Assembly (NCBI GenBank): GCA_051362555.1
Contig: CM120647.1
Span: forward strand, 12,500,651-12,564,650
Length of the DNA: 64,000 bases
From: Lingula anatina
Lineage: Eukaryota; Animalia; Brachiopoda
Direction of reading: 5' to 3'
Shown here in pieces: positions 39,395-64,000 of the stretch. Under the pieces are notes generated by a model. It was not told where the DNA came from and did no database searches. It saw only the letters and a list, made by a program, of their open reading frames with translations. Each line of letters opens with the position of its first letter. Position 1 is the stretch's first letter. Both the position numbers and the translations under genes were made by a program.

Positions 39395-39978
39395 ATTAAT
39401 CAGCACAGCCTGCGAAAGGCTCAAATATCCTGTGCACTCTTTCATTCATTCCTTTGTTTTTGCAGTATTTGTTTTTATATTTTATTTTTCTATTTTAAGT
39501 GTGTTATAGTTCGCAACTCCTCGCTCTGCGAGCAGATGTATTTATTACTTTTATTATAATTATTTATTTTATTTTTATTTTTATTATTTCTATTTATTTA
39601 TATTCACATAACATTTTTATTTTTTTGCGAAATTTGAATCATGTCACATGGGCCTTAGTCCATCAAATTGTTAGACATATCATAATATATAGCACCATAT
39701 CCTCTGCGTCCTTAGAGTACACAATGCGTGTTAAACCTTTATGCAGCAAAAAAGAAAAAAAATAGAAAAAAAAGGAAGGAAGGAAGGAAGAATAACACGA
39801 GAACCTTCCTGGAAATACTATTTATAGTTTGTCACCAGAGCAAATCCCCAGTTCAACTGATATACTATAGATAGCGAGGTCCAACATGTCACCTACACTG
39901 TAGATCAAATACAAAGCTCTTTGAAGAGAGATTACTTGAACATAGACTTTGGTTTCTTTGGTTCAAATATTGTTGATC

Positions 39979-40038
39979 TGCCAAGTTTTTGTCATTATAC
40001 CGTATTCATCACTACGGTATAATGACAAAAACTTGGCA
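39979..40038. repeat. Perfect 26 bp inverted repeat with an 8 nt loop
   Basis: TGCCAAGTTTTTGTCATTATACCGTA-ttcatcac-TACGGTATAATGACAAAAACTTGGCA. Confidence 0.95.
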
Positions 40039-40059
40039 AATTATAAATTAATTTATAAC

Positions 40060-40349
40060 TTTACGACTGAAATTGATTCCACATATTAAGGGTTAAACTA
40101 GATAAATCACTTAATCAACCATAAAAATGCTAAAATTGCCACTTTTTGTAAATGGTGTAAATTAAACCTACTTTCTGCCCCATTTATAAAAAGCATAAAA
40201 AGCTAGCAGAAAAATCCGTTCAAATATAATTTAATATGATAATATTTAACCATGTATTTTGGTAATTCTCTTAGTTATAATATTTGAATCTATATACTGG
40301 CATTTGGAGGGCTTTTGTGGCAAAAAATTGACTTCATATTCATCTTAAA
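40060..40349 (+). mobile_element. 5'-truncated, diverged copy of the Kolobok-like element upstream of the bre-4 ATG
   Basis: Shares cctactttctgcccc...gctagcagaaaaatccgttcaaa...aaaaattgacttcatat with the other two copies. Confidence 0.6.
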
Positions 40350-40630
40350 TGCATACAGTGCGTGTTAGATCTTTTTGTTGCGAGGAAACGGAAAAGAAGA
40401 AGGAGTTAAAAAGGAACCTTCGAAGAAATACTAATTATAGTATATTTAAGAAATACTATTTATAGTATAACATTCGATTGATAAAGATGCAATCGGCAAT
40501 GTCAAGGCAAGGTTGATCAAATAAGAAAAACACATGCTGGAACATATTAAGATAAACAAGCTGAGCCAGTCATTGGTGTATTCTCGCGACTTTGATTAAT
40601 TGCAGAGATGACAGAAGAGCTGAGAACAAT

Positions 40631-54796
<14,166 letters not shown>

Positions 54797-56793
54797 GTAT
54801 GTACCTGTATTGCAGGATAATTTTTGAACATGTTCCTAGGTACGTTCACTAAAGTGAGGTGGCTTAATGAAAGAATCGTGACTTGGTGGATAAAGGCACC
54901 AGGTTTGGCATGCGGTTACCTTTTAACTTACTGAATCAAAAAAAAAAAAAAAAAAAAAAAAAACACCCTCAAGACTAAGGATAATTTTTACAAAAATTCC
55001 AAGATGGTCGCCAATTCATAATTTTTTCACGTAAAAGTAAATTTGGGAGATAGTTTGCCAAAAGACTGCATTTCAGATTGCACAAGGAATATTCCTATGG
55101 CATATGGCGGCCATCTTGAATTTTCTTAAAATTCCTAAACATACGCTCTGCATAGGGACAACAGAGATTTGAAAATACTCAAGAAAAAAGATTATTTGTA
55201 ACTTTATTTCATCATAAACCCTCCCTCTCTGGCATTTACCGAAACCAATCTCATATGGCAAATGGCAGCAACCTTGGATTTTTAAAAGCCCATTGAAACA
55301 CGCTGTATTATAAGGGTAAGCAGGATGTGAAAAACACTGATAAACAAACTTTATTTGATAACAGCTATTTGAGATAAGTGTTTTAACATAATGTAGAATC
55401 TCATTGACAATAGGTCATCTTCTATTTATTTTTATTTTATTTTTACTAAATAGATAATTTTTTTCTGATGGTTATGGGGCTAACTAGATTTGATATGTCA
55501 AAAGGGTAATTTGGTGGCTTTTTCCACCCTTTCACGATTTTTTAATTTTTTTATACTAAGCCATCTTTCTATACTAGTTGTAGCCTTTTCTTTTGCGCTT
55601 GTCGATCTGGGCCAGTAGCAATATTTTCCTTTTTAAAACGAACTCTTTACTTCTTCTAGTCTAGAAAAAAGGCACACCTTACATCATGTGTTTTTTAGAA
55701 TTATCTTGCACTGCTTTTGATACATTATCTTTTGTGAAAAAAGCTAGCAAAAGTCTGGAAAGATGGGACCGAAATACAAAATTATTATATACGTATATAA
55801 ATTTATCAACATTTTAATTCCATTGTTCCATTGATGTTTCTGCTTAGATTCTTGCAGCTAATCAAGTCAGGTACATGTTTATTTGTCTTCACAAAGTTTG
55901 CTCAAGGTTTGCTTTCGCTTTGTGTTATAGGACGATGCCATGGCAAAATATCGGAAGAATTCTTGGGTGCAATACTTACTTACGTTAAATCATACCTTTA
56001 TAACTGCATCACCTTCAATTTCTGACGGAGCAAGGACGATCCACAGTATTGACCTGTTTGTGAAATCACCATGTATTCCAAAATGTCTTTCTTTTATCAG
56101 TCTCTGTGTTATTAGTATTTGTGTCATTATTTTAACCAATTTGTGAGACTGACTTTTACTGGTAGTAATAATTATCTTTATTGCATTGGCGTCTATTAAT
56201 ATATTAGCGCCTTTTTCAAAGAGACCATGTTGTTTAGATTATGTCAAGTCTTCTTTAACTCTAGATTACAGTAGAGAAATTTGACTATTTCAGTTTGACC
56301 CCGATGAGGAAACTGTTTTAGACAACTGAAATAAAGCATTTGGCTGCGTAAATATTTCTTACTTTTCTTCGTTTACATATCCTGGTTTGAAGATAATCTG
56401 CAAATTCGGTCTTTTTTTTAATTTATGATTTAAGGGTACCGTTAGCGCTTGTGATCATCCAGCTTCCAAAGATGAGGTTTTCCTGTATCAAATTATTGTA
56501 TAGTGCATCTGACATGTTGATTAACCCTCCCCCCCGGAAAAATAAAATATCGGCGTTTATATCCTTCATTTCTAAGCACAAGAATATAATCACGTCATTC
56601 AAGCGTTTATCGAGAAGTTAACACATTTCTATGTCAAGGGCATATAGCAATCAGTATGGAGAGTTACTCAATCCCTGAACAAGATCTTATCTCCAGAAAT
56701 TAGCATGGAAGACTACAAGTGCAAGGGCCCCATTCCCGTGCCGTAATTATAGTTTACATGTTTTTGTCCATAAGTTTTGAGCCCCTAATTTAA

Positions 56794-57168
56794 AGGTACA
56801 TATGAACCGAGCATCGGTGGAGCGTGGATTCCCAGTAACACATATAAACCACTTCTACTAATTTCTTATACAGCTCGAATAAAGTCGACATGCCAAGGGA
56901 TAAACTGAATAAATCATTGGATCAGCCTTAAAAGAGCTTCAATCCGCCCCTTTCTTTAAATTTTGGTCAAAAATTTAACCTACTTATGTGACCTACTTTT
57001 CTGCCCCTTGTATATACAGTATAGAAAGCTGGCAGAAAAATCCGTTCAAATATCATTTAAGAGTAATATTAAGCATTGTCTTTTGGTTCTTCCCATAGTT
57101 ATCTTATTTGAAACTATATGCTAGCATTTGGTTGGTTTTTGTGGCAAAAATTGACTTCATATGCACCG
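56794..57168 (+). mobile_element. Uninterrupted copy of the same Kolobok-like element
   Basis: Ends ttaa-AGGTACATATGAA ... TTCATATGCACC; close similarity to 48415-48737 plus 50401-50455. Confidence 0.7.
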
Positions 57169-57821
57169 TTGGTAAGGAGGTGAAGGAGATATTTGACAAA
57201 CCGATTTTGCATTTCCCCCAAAATTACGATTATGACGTCATTGGTACGATATGGCATCTGTGTAAATACACAGGAATTAATTCAGTGAACAGTGAAGATT
57301 TGTGCATTATCCAAAATTATGTAAGACAGTAAATATGAGAAGTTTGTTTTTGCGCTAAAACTGACCGTCCCCGTAAATCGATTGTAGCTGCTATGAAGTG
57401 GATTTCTGCAGATTCAGTAGTGGAAGGGGGGGCATGTATATAGCAGAAAAGCATTGCAGTCATGAAGCTTCTGAAAAAGTAAATTGAAAATTAAATACGG
57501 AGGAAATAACACTGAATGACACAAAACATTCACAAATGTGGCACCCAAGTTTCTAGCTGTATTTTCTGATAAAAGCATAAGCCCCACTGAGCGCTACATA
57601 AAAGTTACGTGTGCACTGTACATACACGGCGCAGTACATTCACATTGTGTTTAGTGAAAACTAAACAATATACATGTAAATAGTTTTATTTTGAACATAT
57701 ATCCCTGGTCGATTTTTCATTGTGGCATTTTTTGACAAACATTATGTCATTAATACCGCACTAAGTGATAATTACACAGTACCGTTCTACTAGTATTTGA
57801 AACATATCATATTAGTCACTT

Positions 57822-59068
57822 TCATTGTGGCACGTCCTTTCTGACAAATACTATATCTAGAGGTTCTAGAATAATCCCTTCCCTGTAAAGCCCTGTGTTT
57901 TTAAATATTTCCCTGATTGCATTCCCACGTTTTGTGGAATCAGGACCGTAAACAGCGCTGTGAACTGCGTACTCTATAGTCCAGACATCCACGGTGACGT
58001 GTTCCCATGGAAACGATTTGAGAACGTCTAATTCGGCACCCTCTACGTCCAAACTAAAGTAGTCTACGTGGTTCCGGCCTATGGCGGCTAGGAGAGAGTG
58101 GATGGGAAAACATTGTATACGACTTTTTCCTTCAATGACGTGTTGTTCCCCTTTAGGAATTGCATGGCCTTTTTTAGGTATTCCTCCTATCTCCCGTGCG
58201 AACGTAAAATCAACCATTGCGGGACTGCGGCCCGTTGCCAAGCACGTATTAGCAACATAAGTTTTCCTAAAAAGAAGTAAAAATAAGACATACACATTCT
58301 CATCTATCCAAAGTATAAATCTATATGTGCAGGTGTGAACAGAAACACGTACAAACCAAATTCACAATGGTAGGAATTTACTGCTGACATTTGATGCTGT
58401 GATCCTGGAGATCTCTCACACAGACCGTCACCACGCGTGACCTTGTAATGAGGTTTAAATATTGTGACCTCCTCTTCAAAACGCAACACTTAGTACTCAA
58501 ATTCATATTAATTTTTCCCACATTATCTTAGTATGTTATCAACTTGATATATCGAGACATTCGCTTTGACTTACCTGTTTTTGTTCAAAAGCATTTGAAA
58601 CGACCACGGGTTTGGTTCCACAAGCAATCCTTCCCAGTCTCGAGAAATCTCGAAGAAGAGAGTATTGGAATGACCCTCCCCATCAAATGCTCCTGATTCC
58701 ACGAAAAATCCTTTGCGGCGTTGCTTCAGAATCTTATCTACCAATTTTGATTGTCCAATTTGATCCCAGTATGTTGCCTTTGGGTTGGAAAGATTATATG
58801 GCAGCTTGGAAGGAGGGAGAATCCATTTCCCTCTTAAGTGTTCTAAAAGGTCTTCATTGAGTGAGTCTATGTTCCCGGTTCCTAGACGTTTGATGAACTC
58901 TGTGATTATATTGCACTTGTGTTGGAGTTCCTTTTTAAAATTACTTGAGTGTTTAGAGAAAAGATTCGGTTCAATTTCCCAAACGTGGCGAAAAATAAGC
59001 CATGAAATACAAAGCACTAAAAATATAACGACTAGAACTACAGTCCTCCGTTTGTTCGTCGCCATCAT
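57822..59068 (-). CDS. Protein Star-like / FkbM-family methyltransferase-fold type II membrane protein, copy 1 (exons 58575-59068 and 57822-58266; 312 aa)
   Basis: TM VVLVVIFLVLCISWLIF; GFFVESGAFDGE..SNTLFFE, WEGLLVEPNP, DYFSLDVEGAE, DVWTIE; intron AG|gtaagt ... tttttag|G. Confidence 0.9.
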
Positions 59069-59345
59069 GTTTGTTTATTTATTTATTTTTCTTAAATCTT
59101 TCTTATTTGGTCACCTGAAACTAGATCAAAACAGTTAGGAGCTAGCTGTTCCAATACTATGTCTGACTCGTGGACTAGAGAGCAAATAAAAAGTCCAGGA
59201 CTGTCGGGCAGGTGGTAGGGGTATAATATTTAAAATGGAGGAGTTGAACCTGATACTGTAGCCTTGCCCAGAAACATAATAAAAAAGTCATTGATCAATC
59301 CATTTGCATTTTTGGAAGCCCTCTGAATAACAGGTTATGTAGATG

Positions 59346-59384
<39 letters not shown>

Positions 59385-59997
59385 TTAATAATAATAATGA
59401 AACAAGAAAAAGTGGTTAAACAATTAAAAGTGACAGTTCTTTAGTGGGATACATGGTTAGTGAGATTATTAGTTTACCCCTCCTTTATTCTGAGAAGCCC
59501 CTTCATTAAAGGCAGACAGAATAATTTCTCTTATTCTCAATATTATAACTGCATTACAGAAGTGTTTCCGGATGTTCGTATAGCCTACACAACTCTGAAC
59601 AAATTCCATTAGTTTTATGATAGACGAGCAGGGAATTAGTATTGAATTGTAGTCAAGTAGTACCTACCTTTTGTCTTCTGTAGAGTCGTGCTCCCATCTG
59701 TATCATCTACACCTAGTCATCCACTGTTTTATATGTTATCTTGCTGAAGGCGAACAGCATGTTTAATGCAAAACCTGCTTTAGGACAGAAAAGGATAACT
59801 GATGTCAGCCCTTAAAATCCCATTTGCATACAATCGTCACAAACTTTATATGCTGAAGTCATTAATTTTTTTATTTGTGGTAGTCCCTTCTGCATCATCT
59901 ATATCTTGGCATACAATATTTTATATCACAAATGAAAATTATCAAACGCAAGCCGAAAAACTTTCATACCGCCATAAAAGTTTTAGCATCCTGCTTT

Positions 59998-60195
59998 GAC
60001 TGGTTTCCCACACCTAGATCGATCTAACAGGATCGATCCATCTCCACGGGGTTTCTCGCTAAATTGCTTTCAGCTTAAGTGGCTTCAGTAGGCGGGACAG
60101 AGATCTAAGCCACTTAATTTGACTGCAATTTAGGGAGAATCCCCTTGGAGATAGAACCATCCACAGTTAGTCCGATAGGGTCTGGAAATGGTCCC
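59998..60195. mobile_element. Foldback MITE, family B, opposite orientation
   Basis: tagatcgatcta...gatcgatccatctcc...ggagatag...ggaaatggtccc. Confidence 0.65.
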
Positions 60196-60635
60196 TATAT
60201 CGCTTCCCGCTTTATTCATTGTTGTTTATGTTAGTGTCCATGTCTTTGGGCTGTATAATAGAGTTGGCCATATGTAACACTTTAAATTAATATACAAACT
60301 TAGACTCCCGGGGTATACAGAACGTGTAAATTATGTTAGTTGAAAGATATTGGGGATGAACACCACTTCATTCTCAAAATTCCATACTACAGCACAAGTA
60401 GGCAGAGAAACGTTTGAGAGTATTGCCATAAAAATCAAGGGTCTTTTAACTATTGGAATTATAATAGTTTAACAATGCTTATCAATAAAATGTTTCGGAA
60501 AACGTGTATCTGGATTTAGATTATTGTCAATGTGGAAAAAAATGTTCATTAGCTTGGTGGTTAGATGAAAAAGGTAGATGAATATATTAAACATAACCTG
60601 GAATGTTGGCATACCGTTGTCTTACGACCAACCTG

Positions 60636-60993
60636 GGCTCCGTATCTCGAAAGGTTCGCTATGTTCACGTGCGCAAGTGTCTCGATTCCGTGGCCCCGTA
60701 TCTCGAAATACAACCAGTTATGGAATCGAGACACTTGCGCACGTACGCAACATAGCGAACCTTTCGAGATTTGGAGCCCTGGGCTCCGTATCTCGAAAGG
60801 TTCGCTATGTTGCGTACGTGTGTTAGTGTCTCGATTCCATAACCGATTCTATTTCGAGATACGGTTATGGAATCGGTTATGGAATCGAGACACTAACAGG
60901 CGTGCATAACCGATTCTATTTCGAGATACGGGACATGGAATCGAGACACTTGCGTACGTGCGCAACATAGCGAACCTTTCGAGATACGGAGCC
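60636..60993. mobile_element. Head-to-tail dimer of palindromic MITEs with CTG target duplications
   Basis: ctg-[60636-60778]-ctg-[60782-60993]-ctg; TIR GGCTCCGTATCTCGAAAGGTTCGCTATGTT. Confidence 0.85.
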
Positions 60994-61039
60994 CTGGACG
61001 TAGGCCATCATCAGACTGATGGGCAGATGTTGACACTCA

Positions 61040-61745
61040 CTGACTGCTAGGTGGTATAGCGGCCAGGTCCCTCTTATAAATGTCAGGTAGATCGACACCC
61101 CGTCCCTATACATGGGTGGCTGTTATATGTAACGGCTGCTGTTTATAGTCTCTTCTATCTTCCATGGGATATCAAGGACTCAGATTCAAGGATCTTGGTG
61201 GATTCCATTCAATTTGACAGGAATGGTAGTCCTATAGAGATGGGGTCCCATATGATTAGTACAGATTAGCGTTAGTTGAAGTATTGGGTTTAGACTACGG
61301 GACTAATGTAAACTGTACAAAGTAATGGGAAACCGACTTCATTCCTGTCACACCGGTGTCTATTACATGTTCAGAAATGGCAGTCACTGGTCTCCTGTAT
61401 CCATCAACCCTGGTTTTGAACTGTCTACCCGTCTCACTTATGTAAAAGGGATTGCAATAATGGCATTTGATGTTTTACATTTCCCCACAACGTTGTTCTC
61501 GAGGGGTGAAGCTAGTCCTTTGGTGCCACTAGGTGTTGTTTTACTGTGCACTGGGGTATAAAGGCCTTTGACACATTGCTTGTACTTATAGATCCTGCAG
61601 ACTTTCTCTGAAATTCCTTTACAGTAAGTGGGAATCACTAGCTGTTTTTTTTTTCTGACTGTATCTGTTGGCTCACATTTGGTCTCTACTGTCCCGTTCT
61701 GATGCGGCTGTAATTTAAATGCCCCAGATGGGTAGCCACACACAT
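61040..61745 (-). mobile_element. Penelope-like retroelement remnant (GIY-YIG endonuclease region)
   Basis: Frameshifted relics CGYP, YCKGISEKVCRIYK, NVV / IKCHYCNPFYISETGRQFKTR and YRDG. Confidence 0.7.
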
Positions 61746-62735
61746 TGCAGATTGAAAATCTCTATCGGTAGATTACATCCTAGAGACTGTCACATTATTT
61801 ACTGCAATTTTAAAACAGTTGCACTGGTTAAATTTTTAGTTTTTACGCATGCTGAATTTTTAAAAATCTATCTCTTTCATATGTACATATCTGATAAAAG
61901 ATTATACATTGTATGTGTGTGTGTTAAAATAATTTATTAGGAGGATTATTGTTTTTTTTCCCTTGCATTTATTTTGGCGATGCCTTGTTATTGCCTAACT
62001 GTATTTTTTTAATCTCCATTCAAATTTGTTGAATGGCTTTGTTAGCTAAAAATGCACCTCCCTTGTAGAAACTACAAACCCAGCATAAACATATTTTTAA
62101 AGAAAGTTATTGAATGTTTTTATATTGTATTTTAGGGACATTCACATTATACTTGCCTAATTGTAGGTTTGCTTCTTCAAATTTACAAGGGAATTAAGCT
62201 CCATCTGATAAAAGCAAATTTGAGTTTGAAAATCATCAAGATTGGCCATTTTCTCGAAAGGGAAGGTGCATTTTTGGAGTTTTGCAAATCATTTAGAGTG
62301 GATAACTGCAAATAATCATAAATGCCAGGAATATGGGGAAAAAACATTGGAGTCATAAAGATTTTGAAAAAAAAAATATATTTTGAAAACTGGATACGAT
62401 GGTATTGACACTGAGCGACATAAAAAAAGTTAAAAAATGTGGCACCCAAGTTTTTAATGTAAAACATTTCCAAAAACATATATTCTGATAGAATCACAAT
62501 TCCGGCTGAACGCTACATTCAAGATACATTTACGACCCAGTTTATTAGTATCGTGTTCAGTGACAATAAAAAAAAATGTACAAGCACATAGTTATATTTC
62601 TTTTTACATATTTCTGATCGCTTTGTCATTGTGGTATGTCATTTCTAGCAAACATTTAACAGTATCATGCACGTTGTATCACGTGAACACTAAACAGAAC
62701 AGTTTTATATGTGACATATTTATGATATTGCTTTT

Positions 62736-64000
62736 TCATTGTGGTACGTCCTTTCTGACAAACACTATATCTTGGCTCCCTAGTATAGTCCCTTCCCTAT
62801 AGAGTCCTGTATTTTTGAAGATCTCCCTAATTGCTTTCTCACGTTTTGGCGTATCAGGACCTCCGCCGTGAACTGCGTACTCTATCGTCCACACGTCCAC
62901 GGTGACGTGTTGCCATGGAAACGATTTGAGGATTTCTATTTCGGCACCCTCTACGTCCAAGGTAAAGTAGTCTACGTGATTCCGGCCGATGGTGGCCAGG
63001 AGAGAGCGAATGGGAAAACATTGTGTGCGACTTTTTCCTTCAATGGCGTTTTGTTCGCCTTTAGAAATAGCGTAGCTTTTTTCGGCCATTCCTCCTATCT
63101 CATGGGCGAACGTAAAATCAACCATTGCGGGACTGTGGCCCGTTGCCAAGCACGTATTAGCAACATAGGTTTTCCTATAAAGAAAAAAAAATAGAAATAC
63201 ACACCTAATCTATGAAGGTGTGAGCAGCTTCATGTACATGCCAAATTCATAACGTCATCAAGAATAAAAGAGGCCATTCTTGAACGGGTTCAACAACAAG
63301 CAAGGTGGCCTGAGATAGAAGCTACCATATCTTGGGAACATTCCGCGCATACTGTTACCACGTGGCGGCTTTGTAATAAGGTCCAGGCCCGTAGCCAGCA
63401 ATTTCAAAGCGGGGGTTCTCTTCTGAAAAAAGTGGACCTTTTAGCATGAAACCTTCATTTACCTAGATAAAATTTTACCCAACCTTTTCCCAACCCCCAA
63501 ACTCCCTCTGGCTACGGGGGGCAAGAAGGCCTTGTGGTGAGGTCGAAATGTTGTGACCTTTGCTTCAGAACGTGAGATCTAGTACAAGACCAAATTTCAT
63601 TTCCAACAGTATATTTGCATGTAAACAACTTGATAGAACAAAACATTTGTTTGACTTATACCTGTTTTTGTTCAAAAGAGCTTGAAAAGACCACGGGTTT
63701 GGCTCAACAAGCAATCCTTCCCATTCTCGTGAAATCTCGAAGAAGAGAGAATTGGAATGAGCCTCTCCATCATATGCTCCTGATTCCACGAAGAATCCTT
63801 TGCGACGTTGCTTCAGAATTTTATCTACCAATTTTGATTGTCCAATTTGATCCCAGTATTTTGCCTTTGGGTTGGAAAGATTATATGGCAGCTTGGAAGG
63901 AGGGAGAATCCATTTCCCTCTTAAGTGTTCTAAAAGGTCTTCATTGACGGCGTCTATGTTCCCGGTGCCCAGACGTTTGATGAACTCCGTGGTTATGGTG
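62736..64000 (-). CDS. Star-like / FkbM-family gene, copy 2 (exons 63662->64000 and 62736-63174; 5' end outside the window)
   Basis: Near-identical paralog of copy 1 with the same intron position; open frames in both exons. Confidence 0.88.
63384..63519. mobile_element. Short MITE in the intron of Star-like copy 2 only
   Basis: CAGGCCCGTAGCCAG...CTGGCTACGGG; absent at the matching position (ttgtaatgaggt) of the copy 1 intron. Confidence 0.6.

Noticed and set aside
54890-55560. Cluster of ATGGCGGCCATCTTG-like motifs as a YY1 enhancer
   Set aside because: It looks like the internal repeats of an eroded DNA transposon; the ends could not be defined, so it was not called.
57822-59068. Bacterial FkbM gene acquired by recent horizontal transfer or contamination
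   Set aside because: It has a GT-AG intron, an N-terminal TM anchor and the Star-like layout common in invertebrates.
58098-59138. Plus-strand ORFs overlapping the Star-like genes (also 62868 and 63615) and the 7375-8295 plus-strand set
   Set aside because: They are antisense shadows of minus-strand open frames, with no motifs or splice support.
60636-60993. Repeat-spacer appearance suggesting a CRISPR array
   Set aside because: The repeats are inverted modules of two MITEs with CTG target duplications. There are no unique spacers or cas genes, and the context is eukaryotic.

Overview
AT-rich eukaryotic DNA with spliceosomal introns, most likely a marine invertebrate (the taxon is an inference). 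Three protein-coding loci are present. (1) A minus-strand cytosolic carboxypeptidase (M14D, CCP2/3-like tubulin deglutamylase). Ten core exons between 384 and 4801 splice in frame with intact motifs, and the gene runs off the left edge. Its ~31 kb 5' region holds several candidate alternative N-terminal exons that all end in phase 1, plus a likely distal promoter near 36.8 kb. (2) A plus-strand beta-1,4-N-acetylgalactosaminyltransferase (bre-4-like, GT7), 40631-54796+. (3) Two tandem minus-strand Star-like FkbM methyltransferase-fold genes, 57822-59068 and 62736->64000. Introns and intergenic DNA contain two Tc1 elements, many foldback MITEs (several stacked or nested), and L2, Penelope and SINE remnants. 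The most notable observations are: a possible N-terminal cassette system on the deglutamylase, with RFX-like sites nearby; repeated duplication of exon-intron junctions; and spatially partitioned TA-delimited palindromes (TACTAGTA versus TAGGCCTA) that resemble transposon excision footprints. All exon models were read by eye, with no alignment or expression data.
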